DNA from: Podarcis cretensis
Taxonomy: Eukaryota
Assembly: GCA_951804945.1 (NCBI GenBank)
Contig: OX638158.1
Coordinates: 20,088,001-20,152,000 of the forward strand
Direction of reading: 5' to 3'
Length of the DNA: 64,000 bases
Shown one piece after another: positions 7,951 to 21,238 of the stretch (positions within the stretch are counted from its first letter, which is position 1; each line of letters opens with the position of its first letter). Made by a program: the position numbers and the translations under genes. The notes under the pieces were generated by a model. That model was given only the letters and a program-made list of their open reading frames with translations. It made no database searches and was not told where the DNA came from.

Positions 7951-10900
7951 TGTGGTGTTTTGCAGAAAGGGTTGGAGGTCACTTCATGGGATCTAGAGGA
8001 CACTACATGGGCCACCTGCAAAGTAGATTAATTCCCCCCTCGCATATGGAAGAACTGCATGTCTCATGTTCCTCACAACCCAGCGCATGGTTAGCCAACA
8101 TGACAGGGAGGAGAGAGGAGGGAAACTCCTCCTGTAGCTGGTTGTCACCTTTGTTGCTGCTCCCACTCAACTGACAAAGGGAAGGGTGACAACTTTCAGT
8201 AGTGGGAAGTGTCAGCAGCAGGAGTGGCCAGTGGGGAGAGATGCGGCGGCAGGGAGGTCAGGGCTGCTTAGGTGCAGGAGCAGGAGCTTGGTCCACCAGT
8301 GTCCCCTTATAGCCCTAGTGTCCCTACCACCACCTCCTCCTTTGTGGTAAGTACCAGCAATGCCACTGCTGGAATGCCAGGTCCACAGAGGTGCCCCTCC
8401 TTACCAACTGCTTCTGGGCAACAGAGGTGGGTCAGAATGCTTCTCTGAGCCAAAGAAGAATTCAGCTCATAAAAGTCACTGTTCATCTTGAGGTGGGTGT
8501 TACATCTCCTCAGTTCATTTCCAAATCTGCTCAGGAGAACTTTTGACAGTATTTTAAAAAGTAAAGACAGCTGCTTAGCAACAGAACCACCACACTGAAT
8601 CTAAGATACATGCACCTTTATTAGTGCTCATTAGGCCAGAAAGCAGTGAAACAGTAAGTGGACAGGTGAGAATTTGCATGCTATGCCTGGGAAGTTTATT
8701 CTTCAGCATTATTTCCTAAAATCACAAATTACAACTCCAACTTGTGTGTGTAAAGTGATGGTAATGCAGCAGGTTTCTTAGAGGCATCTTGATTGGCCAC
8801 TGTGAGAATAGGATTTTGGATTAGATGGGCCCGTGGCCCCATCTAGCAGGCTCATCTTATGTTCTTATTCCCTTTTTCAAATGCTGCTTGTTAACATAAT
8901 GTAGACTGCTATAGCAGAATGTGTGCTCTAAGGGAGAGGAGCGTTAGTCATTGGGTCAGTAGGGTCACATCCAAGTCACAAGTTGTGTGTTTAGGGTTCG
9001 GGGAGAAATCCAATTTTGTTTGCATTTTAATGGGAAACTATCTAATGAGCACTTCTTGAACAAATGCTTGAACCAAAACAAAAGATGCATTTGTTAGTGA
9101 AAATAACATTCAGGGTGAACTATATTAGGAGGAAGTGCTCGCAAATTGTGCACATTAGTCAAAACAGCATACAAAAATGTGTGTTAGGAGAAATTCACAT
9201 CAAAACAATGGCAAATTTTCATGAGGATGCGGAATAACTGAATTTAAGACTGAAAAGGAAAGGAAAATTGAGAGGAGCTGAAGTTGATGGATTTGTCCAT
9301 CTCTTTGTGTGTCGCCTCCCAATGTGTGCTTTACGTATGCAATATCTCAGGTCTCATCCAGATAATTTCAAGTTATAAGAATTGTCCAAACCAAGGCACA
9401 ATGAAGTGTCACCACTTATTTGCTAAGGAAGCTTTGCCAACGAGGCAAGATTGGACATGTACATATTCCAATTAGCGGCAAATCTGAAATCTGGGAGGCA
9501 CAGTTGACTGCTAACCTACAGTCTCTTTACTTATTCAAAGCACAATCCTATCGACCTGATTGTTCCCCCCTTCCGAAAAACCACAAGGCGGCAAAAGTAA
9601 TCTAATTCTAGCTCAATTGCTTAGTGACCTGCATTGCTAATGCTTTAAGCAAAAAAACTTTTATTTTTACAAGTGAGTAGATTTCCTTGCAGGGCTTTGT
9701 GCCTTGGGACTACAAATGAGTCTATAAGAAGTTAAGAATAAATATTCATAGCCAATTAATAAATATTTATAGAAGTATTTGGAGATGTATTTGCTCTTGA
9801 AGGCGGAAGACAGTATGAGAGAGATCATTATGTATTAGGACCCCGATGAATAAAAATAATATGGTATAAGGTACTCGTCTTCAACTGGTGAGTTGGGGCA
9901 AGGGATGGATAGCTCTGTCAACTTTCTTTCAGTTTCTCATTTTCCCAGTCTTCAGTTCTCCACACTTCCACATCAGTTTACAAATGAAGATTTGTCAGCA
10001 TTTTAATGCATATTTCTCCTAATATACACATTTTAATGCAATTTTGCCTGATACATACATTTCTGCAAGCTATTTCCACCAATTTAATACATTTCAGATG
10101 AGTTCTTCACTGATATATACACTTATATAAACTTATATGTTTAAAGCTGTATCATTCTTATCACTTTAGACATGACTTCCTCCCCAAAGAATCCTGGGAA
10201 ATGTAGTCTGCTAAGGGTGCTGAGAGTTGTCACCCCTATTCCCCTCACAGAGCTACCGTTCCCAGAGTGGTTTAACAATCAACCTTTCTTCCCAAGAAAC
10301 TTTGGGAAATGGATGGAGAAGGATGGAGAAAATTAAGTTTTGTTGGCAAGTTGAAAGTCACCAAGCTAACAAGGGTGATACACTTGGCTGGCTCCCCAAA
10401 GTGTGTGTTTTGCCCTTTCCAAATGGAAGCCACTGATGACCACTATGCAATCCTGGCCAAACCATGGTTTAGTGCACCCAAATGGGTTCCCAGAGTGATT
10501 GCAGCTGATTTACCCCTTCTCTGGTCCTGCTGATGAGCTAAAGATCCACCACACTCAGATTGGTTCATATTGAACTTCCCCCATGCAAATGTGTTCATGG
10601 AGACATGTGGAAAATTAGTGTAAAATGGGCTGCATGTGCAGAAAACTGGCAGACATCTTGGAGCAATAGGATTCGGTTCTGTAAGAAATATGAGGTTTTC
10701 AATAGTTCTCAGGTTCTCAGTTTGGGGAGGCTAAGGTAAGGTCCTTTCAATCACTGCCATGCCCCACTGTTATTTAAATAATTACTTCCACTCACATGGG
10801 GTCATTTTCTCTGTTTTCTCTGTAAATGTTGCCCCAAAGTTGCAGAGTTAAATGGAAACCATGAAATGCAAAGCCCCAACTTTTTCATTATAGAATGACA

Positions 10901-12166
10901 TTTTCGCTGAAGCCCTGCAACTTCTGGTAATATGGATTTCTGGGTATTCTCTGTGCAGGGCATCTTGTACCCTTAAGTTGGTGTACGTACTAGCTGACTC
11001 CCAACTCCCATCTACCCCAGGCAGCATATCTAATGGTGGGGTATGATGGGATCTGTAGTCCAGAGCATCAGGTTGGGGAAAGCTAGTATGTACATTAATA
11101 GTGAAGAATTGCTACATTTGTGCTCCTCCCCATAATGCATATGTTCATGACGATTGGCCTGTATGAGAAACAGGGCTTTTTCTGTGGTAGCCTCTTGTAA
11201 ATGGAATTCTCTGATGGAAGATACACCAGATATGCTCCACTGGCCCTTTAGAATGACCATGAAAAAGAGCTTTTCTGCACTGTGCGTTACTAGGAGTTAA
11301 GATGACTTTTAGATATTTCCTTTTCATTGGAATCTTTGTGTTTGCTTCTATTTGGTGATTTCTTTAAATACACTGCAGCCCTCTCAATCACACACATGAA
11401 AGCACACAATGAAAGATTCAACTGCACCAGGCTAATTGAAAAGCAGTCTGGCAGAAGGAACTCAGACACGTTTATATTGTTTTTATATAAAATAGACATC
11501 TATATACATTTGCTTTGTTCAAAGACTTCTTTGATCATAACCTCTGTAGGCAAAATTCATAATTTGACAATGAAAATAAAGGACCTTTCAAAATCCTGTT
11601 ATCACTGACATACATCCCACTGCTAAATTGTGCATTTAATTGATGGAACAAAAACAACTGATAGTTCAGAAAGGCAAAAGTGATGGAGACAGAAGACAGA
11701 GAAACACCACAGCTATGCAAAATTAACTTCTGCTTGTTGAAGTAGATTAACGGCATCCAGTTTCAGCAGAGAGATTTCTATATTTTCATAGAAGCCACAG
11801 CCGTGACCCAGAGACTTTTCAGAAAAAAATAATTTTCAAACAAATTCATATTAACATCACAAGGAAGTTCAGCACATATTTTCAGAGATTACCATCATCA
11901 ATGGTGACACTTTTCAAACACCATTAACAGTCAAAGCAGGTTTTCGTGTTGCTGCTTGTTATTCAGGGTACATAGAAGCAGGCTGCTTACTTGATAAAAC
12001 TATTGCACATCCCCCTTAAGGCAAAAAGCCCTTTAGGACTAAATTTTCACAGATGAAAAAGCAGGTGAGCAATAAGCCAAAGTGCAGTGCGACTGCAAAC
12101 AAGAACCAAGATACAGAAGGACCTTGGCAGGTTCTTAAATGAACCAATCAACTTATAGAGGCTGTG

Positions 12167-12216
<50 letters not shown>
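12167..12216 (+). repeat. (AATC)n microsatellite
   Basis: About 12 perfect tetramer units. Confidence 0.95.
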
Positions 12217-12630
12217 CTTATAGCTTCCCAGAGGTGGTGTTAGGAAAACTCACATGGCCTACAACATTATGTTTGTTCTGAGTCCCATCAAGGTGGCTTG
12301 TCAAATTGATTTTGCGATTTTCATACCACTCAGTGCTAAGGGAAGGATTCAGCTACCCCATTCCAGTAGTGAAAGGACTCCCAGAAGCACAATAGAACTT
12401 TCCCACCCACACATCTCCCCTGAATCTGCTCTGGAGGTTCGTGAGAACCCCCAGATCAGTGCACCTCCAAATGTGAGATCATTCCTTCAGGCAAGCAGAA
12501 ATGCTTGTGCTAATGCGAACCATCTTCTTAGCACTACATTGAATTCCAGCCCAAACCTTTGCCACAACTAGGCCCCACCCACCAACAAAAGCATAAGAAA
12601 GTGCTGATGCACTAGGCACATGTACATCTT

Positions 12631-12688
12631 AGAATCATAGAATCATAGAGTTGGAAGAGACCACAAGGGCCATCGAGTCCAACCCCCT
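12631..12688 (-). mobile_element. 58-bp 5'-truncated insertion of a CR1-type 3' tail
   Basis: agaatcatagaatcatagagttggaagagaccacaagggccatcgagtccaacccc flanked by ATCTT direct repeats (12626-12630, 12689-12693). Confidence 0.75.
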
Positions 12689-14327
12689 ATCTTGTTGCAG
12701 TTGTCATGGGCACCTATTGGTGGGAGACTTTAGCTCGGTGCTAGGGCACATCTTGCATAAAAAGGTCTCCAGTTCAGTCCTGGGCACCTCTAGAAAAGGA
12801 CCAGGTTGCTATGAGAGCTGAAATGCAGGTATCTCTCTAAACTTGCACATAACTGATGCAATGCATGTCTCCAAACAAATGATGTTTACAGAGATGTATG
12901 TATTAGGGGAAAGTGTGCATAAAAAATCAATATATAAGTAAAAAAAAAACAGGAATGAAATGTATTATGAGAAATTGCTTGCAAAAAAATGTGTATTTTA
13001 GTCAAAACTGCATGCAAATTTGTGTTTATCGGGAGAGATTCACACTAAAATGCTGAAGTAATTTTCGTGAGGATTTTTTTTTTTTTAAATGAAATTGGGA
13101 AATTGTTGCAGAAAGTGAAGAACTAAATTCAAGATTGGAAAAATAAGAAGAGGAAAGAACAGAAATTAATAGATTCCTCCATCCTTACATGAGACCCCCA
13201 GGCAGCTGCTGTCCATCAGAATAGACATACTGGACTAGATGGAACAATGGTCTGAAGACAGTTTCTTATGTTCGTATGAATGGTGTCCATAAAATGTAAT
13301 ACATTTTTCACCCCTACCCTCTACATGGTGCAGTACTGACATTTTAAACTCAAGATGCCACAGATAAATCCTGGGACCTTCTATATAGGGGGAAAAACAC
13401 ATGTATTCCATCTCTCAGCAGGCCCTGGAGCTTACTGTCAAATCTTCTGTTGCCATGGCCACTTAGGAGAAAGACCTAGAAATTCCTAGCACTTCCCTGT
13501 GATCTGCAAAGCAGGACCAATAGGCATGAGAAATCTACTTTTCAGGGGGACTCCCCTCCCCATTGTTGATCTTCTGTTCAAGGAAACATGCATGTGCTTC
13601 AGATGAACCCTAAGAGTCCCTAAAGACAGCAGTTTGAAGACTACAGAGAGAACCACCGCTACACAGGCACACACATCTGGCACACCAATTCATGCTGTGC
13701 TGCTCTAGATGTTGCTGCACTACAGCTCCCTCACCATGCTGGTTGAGTGCGATGAGAGTTGTAGTCCAACAACATCTGGAGAGCCTCAGGTTTTCTATCC
13801 CTGGGCTACATGAATGCAGCACTTTGAAGACCTCAGGAAAATGAACCAAGAACAAGGGGGGAAAGTACCCAGAGGTCCTGCTATTCAAACGCCCGTTATA
13901 GATAAATTCACTTATCCAAACACAAGGAATTAGTACCCAAACCTCGCTATACACACAGCAGGTTCAGATCTCCAAACTGCCAGACCTGCGTGTAGTAGTG
14001 TAAACAAATCAACAGACCTAAAGAAGCTTTTTTTGTGTGTGTTTTGCTGGTCCATGGCAGTTGTTTCATCAGAAACCATGATGAGAGAGAGGGAGGGATC
14101 AGACGAATAAGAGAGCATTTTGCTCTTCCTTGTTAGCTTTTTGCAAGGTTTCAGAGGGTTTTCACATCATTTTATGGTCAAAATTCCATGGCTGGGAACA
14201 CATTAGAAATTTCCCCATAGGAATCAATGGAAATTGTCAACTCATTATGCAAATGCTCAGCTAACAAATGTTTTCCTGAGAGCACATTGCATTCAGATAG
14301 CAGGACCTGTGTGTATGCTATTTGTAG

Positions 14328-14386
14328 ATATTTTATTTAAAAAGGGAAGCAAGCTAATAGCTTGCTTCCCTTTTTAAATAAAATAT
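14328..14386. repeat. Perfect inverted repeat, 29-bp arms, 1-nt spacer
   Basis: atattttatttaaaaagggaagcaagcta-a-tagcttgcttccctttttaaataaaatat, checked base by base. Confidence 0.95.
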
Positions 14387-16448
14387 AATCCTAGCCTTCA
14401 CAGTGACATAGGGAAGCAGGAGCTCCCTTTTCAGTGAATTGCCACTTGATATGATATTGAAATATATATAATCTCCATACCCTGAAATTTTATCCTATTC
14501 CCTCAGAGCCATCTCTTCCTTTTGGATTTGGCCAGCGTCTGTCTGTACAGGTCTGCTTTGAAAACAGTACTTAAGCAATATAAGAAGAAAACTGCCAAGC
14601 AACATTATTATTATCTGTAATGCAAAAAAGGTGTCCATAATACATGCTGTGCAGGCTAAGTATATGGCAGTAGCAGGAAAGGAGCCAGAGTATTTATAGC
14701 TGCATTACGTCGGTGAGCTATGACAGAAAAAAGAGAGGGGAAGAGCTGCCTTATATCTATGAGAACAAGATCAATTTTATTACCAATTAACCTGCTCTAT
14801 TAGTTCAGCAGAAGTGGGAGAGAAATCCATTGTAATGTAATTAGACAAATATGAATCCTTATTTAAAAGTTTGCCTTTCAACAAGACTCTCCTGATTCAC
14901 CTAGCAAAGGGGCCCGAATCAGACCATCAATGGAACCATTCCTGTTATTAAAAAATTAACACACGTGATTCTCTTGTGTATATAGAGTTTGGTAAAACTG
15001 CAATCACGGCACTGGGAGACAATACACAATTAAATGAATTGCTGCATTAGTCGGCATGAGGTTTTAAGCCTCATGTTACTGCAGGAGAGGTGCAGCAGAA
15101 CAAGAAGTATAATCCTAAAGAGTGTTCATCTCTTTTCTCCAGAAATACTACAACTTGTCTGATCCCAGCTGCATTTCCAAACATGTCAACTGCATTGACT
15201 ATTTTATATATATTTCATTTATATCCTGCCTTCCTCCAAGGAGCTCGAGGTGGCATACATAGTTCTCCCGATTTTATCCTCCTCCCAATTTTATCCTAAC
15301 AACAACCCTGAGAGGGAGGTTAAACTGAGAGTGAGTGGCCTATCCATGCCATAATTGTGGCTGGGTAGTAGATGCAAAAGGAAGTTTATTCTGGGTTGGG
15401 GGGCATGGAAGAATACAGCATCCACTTCTGCTTATTGACTGCAAAATCTTAACATATTGAGGAATGTACATGGCTTGAAAGTGGCTTGCTTTGTTTTAGT
15501 AGGTTGTGGTTTTAACCCCTGGGAAAAGCAGCTGTGAGCAAGCTGCATTAAAAGTAATTTTCGCCATCAGACTTACAAGTCAAAACATGTAAAAGTGAAG
15601 ACAGAAAGGCTGATAGGAAAAGATTGTGACATGGATGCCTTTTAGTCAAGACTAACTCATATGACGGCTCTGATGGGCATCCTTGGGTTGTATTCAATTG
15701 TTACTCTAGAGTAGATCCACTGAAATTAACAGGGCTAAGTTAGTAATAACCATGAATTCAATGCATCTACCTCTGAGTAAAAGTTCATGGACTACAATCC
15801 TTTAATACTATTTCAGGTCTAATGTACAGAGGGACTGCTATCTCTTCTACAGCCACAATGAATTTTGCATGGTTTCTGATTAAATATACAAATTTGACCA
15901 AATCTAAAGCCTTCCCTTCATCAACCCTCTCTGCCTCCCTTTGAGATTCAGGGTGATATTAAACTCAATAATTGTGTGAGTTGAATGATTCCACTTACGG
16001 AACTTTCCTTCCTCTCCTTCTCTGTGCACACCCTGTGCCATTCCCCAAATCTACTCTGGAGGGGTGGGGTAACCCCCAGAGCATACTTGGGGGAGGGTGC
16101 CAGGGAAAGGAGGAAGTAGCATTGTACAAGCAGAAGTCGTTCCACTTGCACTATTATGTAACCAAATACAACCCTCAGTCCCCAGTGTCAACACCTGGCA
16201 AAGGTAACTGGATGAATTAACATGTGGTAATCATACTAAGACAGGAAAGCTTTGCTTAACCATTATCATTACACTAGCAAAACAAAAACAAAAAAACTTG
16301 CATTATCTCAGATCAAGGAGACAGATTTTCAGGACGCCATTCCTTAAAAAAATAATGGGTTTTCCTTAAGTTACAAAAATAAACGCAATGTGTACATTCT
16401 GGATCTATGCAGCTGATATGTAGAATGATAAATAATGATACTTATATT

Positions 16449-16616
16449 CAGTGCTTTTTTTTCTTTAAAAAATGTTTAGGGGTACTCTCATTTGGACTCA
16501 AGAAAATCAGCATTTTATAGTTCAAGTCGGGGTGAAATAAATACAGTAAATGGACAAAAGTACGAAGATTCACAAAATGTTTAGGGGTATGCGTCCCCCC
16601 AGGAAAAAAAGCACTG
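16449..16616. mobile_element. hAT-like MITE
   Basis: TIR cagtgcttttttt / aaaaaaagcactg; imperfect 8-bp flanks cttatatt / cttatcat; internal direct repeat aaaatgtttaggggta. Confidence 0.75.
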
Positions 16617-17280
16617 CTTATCATGTTTTACAAATCTAATGTCATCTTGTCTTTCAGTCCTCAGATATGTTACAATTAGGTTTCTAAGTATTATCAAGAA
16701 GTATTGGCTTACAGGGAAAGCTATGAAGGCTGCAATCCCATACTCACTCACCTGGGTCTGTTCAGTGAGACTACAGAGTAGAAATGTATAGGATTGCACT
16801 GTAGCGTATGGATGCTTGAAAATGAAATATACATTTGTGGCACTGTAGGTCTCCAAAGACTACAGTCCTGATCCAGCTGCAGTGAGCAAATCATAAGTTA
16901 GGCACAACTTGTTCCGTTGTTTTCAGTGGGCTGTAGTCACACCTTATACCAAAATCACAAGTGCATTTTAATTTTCACTCTGGATTTTTCTCTCACTCCA
17001 GCTAATGCAAATCTTACCTTTCAAAAGTTATGCTCCGCTGGTTTTTAAATATCACCGCAACCCTTCCCCAACCAGCTACTCTAGTTGCAAATCTATGTAG
17101 ATTGCCCTGCAACTAGATTGGGATATCATCATACACAAATTCTTGTCGTTTTCCATATACCACTTTTTTTTTTACCATACTTTCTACCACCCATTCTCCA
17201 GTGAAACTGTAAAGTTGCCTTGTCAGTTTTTCTTTCCTTCTCCCCTTATTGAAGTAATTAGTGTGTGCTGCATGTATGTA

Positions 17281-17522
17281 CAGTGGTACCTCAGGTTACA
17301 TACGCTTCAGGTTACCTACACTTCAGGTTACAGACTCTGTTAACCCAGAAATAGTGCTTCAGGTTAATAACTTTGCTTCAGGATAAGAACAGAAATTGTG
17401 CTCTGGCAGCGCGGCGGCAGCGGGAGGCCCCAATAGCTAAAGTGGTGCTTCAGGTTAAGAACATTTTCAGGTTAAGAACGGACCCTCAGAACAAATTAAG
17501 TACTTAACCCAAGGTACCACTG
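17281..17522. mobile_element. Tc1/mariner-type MITE
   Basis: TIR cagtggtacct / aggtaccactg with TA target duplication on both sides; internal ttcaggtta repeats. Confidence 0.85.
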
Positions 17523-20500
17523 TATATGCTTTCCTAAAGGAAAATCAGAAACTTCCCCTCTCTTCAGCAGTAGCCTGGAGACAGGAGAAAGGGCCGGCAT
17601 TAAAGAAAAATAAGTCCACAATTATGTCAGTTTCACTGGAAAGCAGAGAGGGCAGGGACAGTGAAGAAAATGTGCATTCATGAGATTGATAAGCATTCCC
17701 CACCCCCCACCCCAGTATCAATTTCTCCGTAGAACACAGGTGGGGGTAGTGCAATAAATATTTATGGATGAAACTGACAACGCTTCTCCCGCGCTTTGGT
17801 GCAGGGAGGAGAGATGAGAATGTGAAAAACACATCCCAACTGTGCTTAATTCGAGAGAGACAGAAAAAGGTAGGCGGAGGATTAAAAATGCATGTCAACT
17901 AGAATGCATCAGTTCACAGGTGATAAAAAAAACAAACCCCAGGAAGGTTGAAAGGTGATTGTAAATCCATATTTCTCCATGGCTGTCAATCAATTTAAAT
18001 GACTGATACAAGCACATTTAAAAACTGTATTCCTGTCTCCCCCAGGCATAGCAGCAATGGGAGTAAAGTTCATGCGGATGCATGTGAAATCTGTCCAACA
18101 CAAGTTGGATCAGAGCCTAGGTGCACAATCTACCAATGAGTTGTTTATTTCAATGGGGTTTGTTCAACAGAACTTCATGCTGGATTGCATCGTGTTTCCC
18201 ACAATAGTTTTACTGGGAGTATCTATAATCATTGGGCTTACACGCTTTGCCAAGAGCAACAACATTTAAAGGCATGCTAAAAGAAATGCAGGTGATAAAA
18301 TGGACCTTAGTCATAAGTTAACCAACTTCAGCTGCCTTGAGGCCAGAAATTAACTGCTGGAAAACTATTCCCATCCCTAAACCCCTCTAGATTTTTGCCC
18401 CACCCTGAAAGCTCAGGGTGGTACAAAGAATTTAAGCAAGCAGAGGGACATTTACCAGTAAATCTTTAAACCTAATTCTGCATCTCTTGATGCTCCATCA
18501 TATCTACTCTTTTCAGAATTCTTAACTTGTGAAGTGGCTTGCTGCATTTGCCGTCACAACAACCACATGTAATAAGTAAGCACTATACACATTTCACAGA
18601 TGGGGAATGGGAGCTAGCACACAATGACTTGCCCAAGTCCATAGCAGAAGTGGGACTTGAACCCAGGTCTCCAAACTCTCAACCCACTGGGGCACACTAT
18701 CTAATTATTAAGGCCACTCAGAGTAATGATATTTTTTTCAATAAAGATATTGAGGTCCACTTCCTTTGCCACTCTAGAATGCTTTGAGGCATTTAACAAT
18801 TTCTGCCAAACCTTCCCAAGCTGCCCTTTTGCAGACAACAGTGATTAAGTACTGGCAACCAGCAGCCACCGAATAGTGCATATGTGGGGGGAAGGTATTG
18901 CCCTGCCAAATGATGAGCATCTGCCATTCTCCAGATTCCTTAAAGTGTGGTAAATTATCAAACAAGGGGTTACATGCATATCACGATTAAATTATTAACT
19001 GGTAAACGGTCATCAGTATTCGTTAGACAGAAACTCTAAAACAAAACAGACACAATCTTCACTGAGGCCAATGTCTAGCAAGAGGTAGGAACAAGTTGGA
19101 CTACAGCGCTTTGTGTTTTAGTAAAGCGTTTGCTGCCTGTTTCTTGGCTGGAGACTTGTTCGCAGAGCAGAGCTCTTGCTGACGGAGGGCCTCTTCACTT
19201 AACGTCATGAACCCCATCAATGCACACGACGTCTGAGCTCTTTATCGAGCATGCGGAATCCTCATTTTAGAAGGATTTAACTTTATTCAATCAATGGAGC
19301 AAACAAGGATTGAGAAGACAAGAATCTTTAGAGCTCTGAGGCATCTGAAATATGCTCTGAAGAGGGGGTCACCAATGTGGTGCCCTTCAGACGCTGTTGG
19401 ACTACAAATCCTGTCATCTCTGACCAATGGCCATACTGGGTGGGCCCGACAGGAGTTGCAGTCCAGCAAAATCTGGGGAGCACCATGTCGGCCACCCTTT
19501 ATAGGCTAGAAATATTAACAACTATTCACATACATTCCCCCTCTGTGGTTGCTACCTTCTCTGGCTTCATAAAAATAAGAGCAGCACCCACAATTTTAGC
19601 TACATTCCCAGTAGTGAAATATATCACTTATGCTCAGAGAAAAGTTAAATAAATAACGCTCAAAAATAAACACCAGATCCCTGTGAGCTTCCTTCTTCTC
19701 TACCATATTTATCTTTTATCTCATTTTTTATTCAGTGGCAGAAAGAGAATCTCCATATGGAGGTGGGCAGAATAGGCCTCAAAATCCCTTTCTTCACTCA
19801 CTCCCCTCTGCCTTGTGCACAAATCAAGTCCAAAGACCATTGGAAAATGATCCCATCATCTCTGTCTTCAGCTGAGATCCAAAGAGCCACTGGTGTGTGT
19901 TTAGTGGACCTTCTAAGGCCTTCCTTCCTTAATCCTTTGGAGGAAGTTCAGTTCATTGGCTTTGCACACAGACAGGTTCAACCCTCACCATCTCCAGGTA
20001 GGACTGGGAATGTCCCCCATCTGAAACCATGGAGAGCTGCTACCAGTCAGTGTAGACAATACTGGGCCGACTCAGTATAAGGCAGGTTCCCATATGCTCC
20101 CAACAACCTATTGTGCCACTACCTTACAAGCTGTCCTGAAAACTCAGGAGAGCTCCTGAGGTCAGCATCTGAGGCAAAACAAGGGTCTATGATGGGGGGG
20201 GGGGACCCAGTGTACATGGGTTCAAGAGCAACTTGGGACCCTAATATCATTGATATGGGAATAAGCCATATGACGGGGGTTTTCCAGAGCTGTTTCTCTC
20301 CGTTCCCCCATCTGGCACTTTCATTCTCTACAAAAACAGCAACCACCCTGTTATTCGGATCGGAGAAAAGCAGAGCTACTAAACTTCTAACACTGTGTGA
20401 GACCTTCAGTACAAACTGCAATGAAAAAGACTTTTCATTTGAGTGACTTCTTCTGGAACCGCCCTCATGATCGAAATATTCAGCTGTGAGCTAGTTGCAC

Positions 20501-21103
20501 CCACCTCCTCTTTGGGTGATGGAGAATTGCTTTCCGGGAAATGCAACCAAAATCCCTATTGGGGCCTAGAAGGGGGCTGCTATTTCTTTACCTCTTTGGC
20601 TGCTGCCCACTATCTTCTTGGCCAATCAGGTGCCTGGCTTTGGTAGGCCTCTATGGTAAAATATTCTTTATATCAAGACTGAATGTGGGGGCTGCCTCCT
20701 CCGTTCCTTGCTGAATCAGGCCACTGTTTCACTTCTCATAATCATCCCAGTGCTTGATGATGATGATGATGATGATTTTTAACAAGTGAGAGACATGGAC
20801 GTTATATAAGCATTTCCTACTGTCAGCACTAATGGAAAGTAGCATGAGGCAAACCCAAATATAATTCTGGATTACGATGAGCTTTGCGCCCATCCTTCAG
20901 CTCATCCAGAGAGAAGCAGGAGGACTCCCCATAGCTTTCTGGCGACTCCAGCATGATTCCCATGTGCACCCTTCTTAGTCTGGGTCACCACTGCCTCCCT
21001 GCTAGGTCCTTTCAGTTCACTTCTGTCTTGTGTGGGCTTCGGGGCTTCCACAGTTTCTGCTCATCTCCAGGAGACATTGCACTCCACTGGCTATCCCCCA
21101 TTT

Positions 21104-21238
21104 TTATCCCCTCTCTTGAACTTCCTGCAGCCGTTTTTCCAAGCGATCCAATTTAGCCAGATTCTCTTTCAGAAGCTTGCTGTTTGGAACCAGCTGCAAA
21201 GCTTTCTTATAATAGCCACGTGCCATGATATAGTTGCC
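21104..21238 (-). CDS. TMTC1: TMTC1 last coding exon (GNYIMARGYYKKALQLVPNSKLLKENLAKLDRLEKRLQEVQERG*)
   Basis: Acceptor ttctttttgcag; 135 nt to TAA. Confidence 0.95.
   Translation of the reverse strand, partial: GNYIMARGYYKKALQLVPNSKLLKENLAKLDRLEKRLQEVQERG

Noticed and set aside
17281-17522. CRISPR-like or regulatory array of ttcaggtta repeats
   Set aside because: Internal repeats of a TA-flanked Tc1/mariner MITE in eukaryotic DNA; spacing is irregular.
8000-21000. Short ORFs between the genes, and a defined TMTC1 poly(A) site
   Set aside because: No recognisable homology or exon structure. Several - strand AATAAA candidates (e.g. 19282, 19727, 14332) cannot be ranked from sequence alone.
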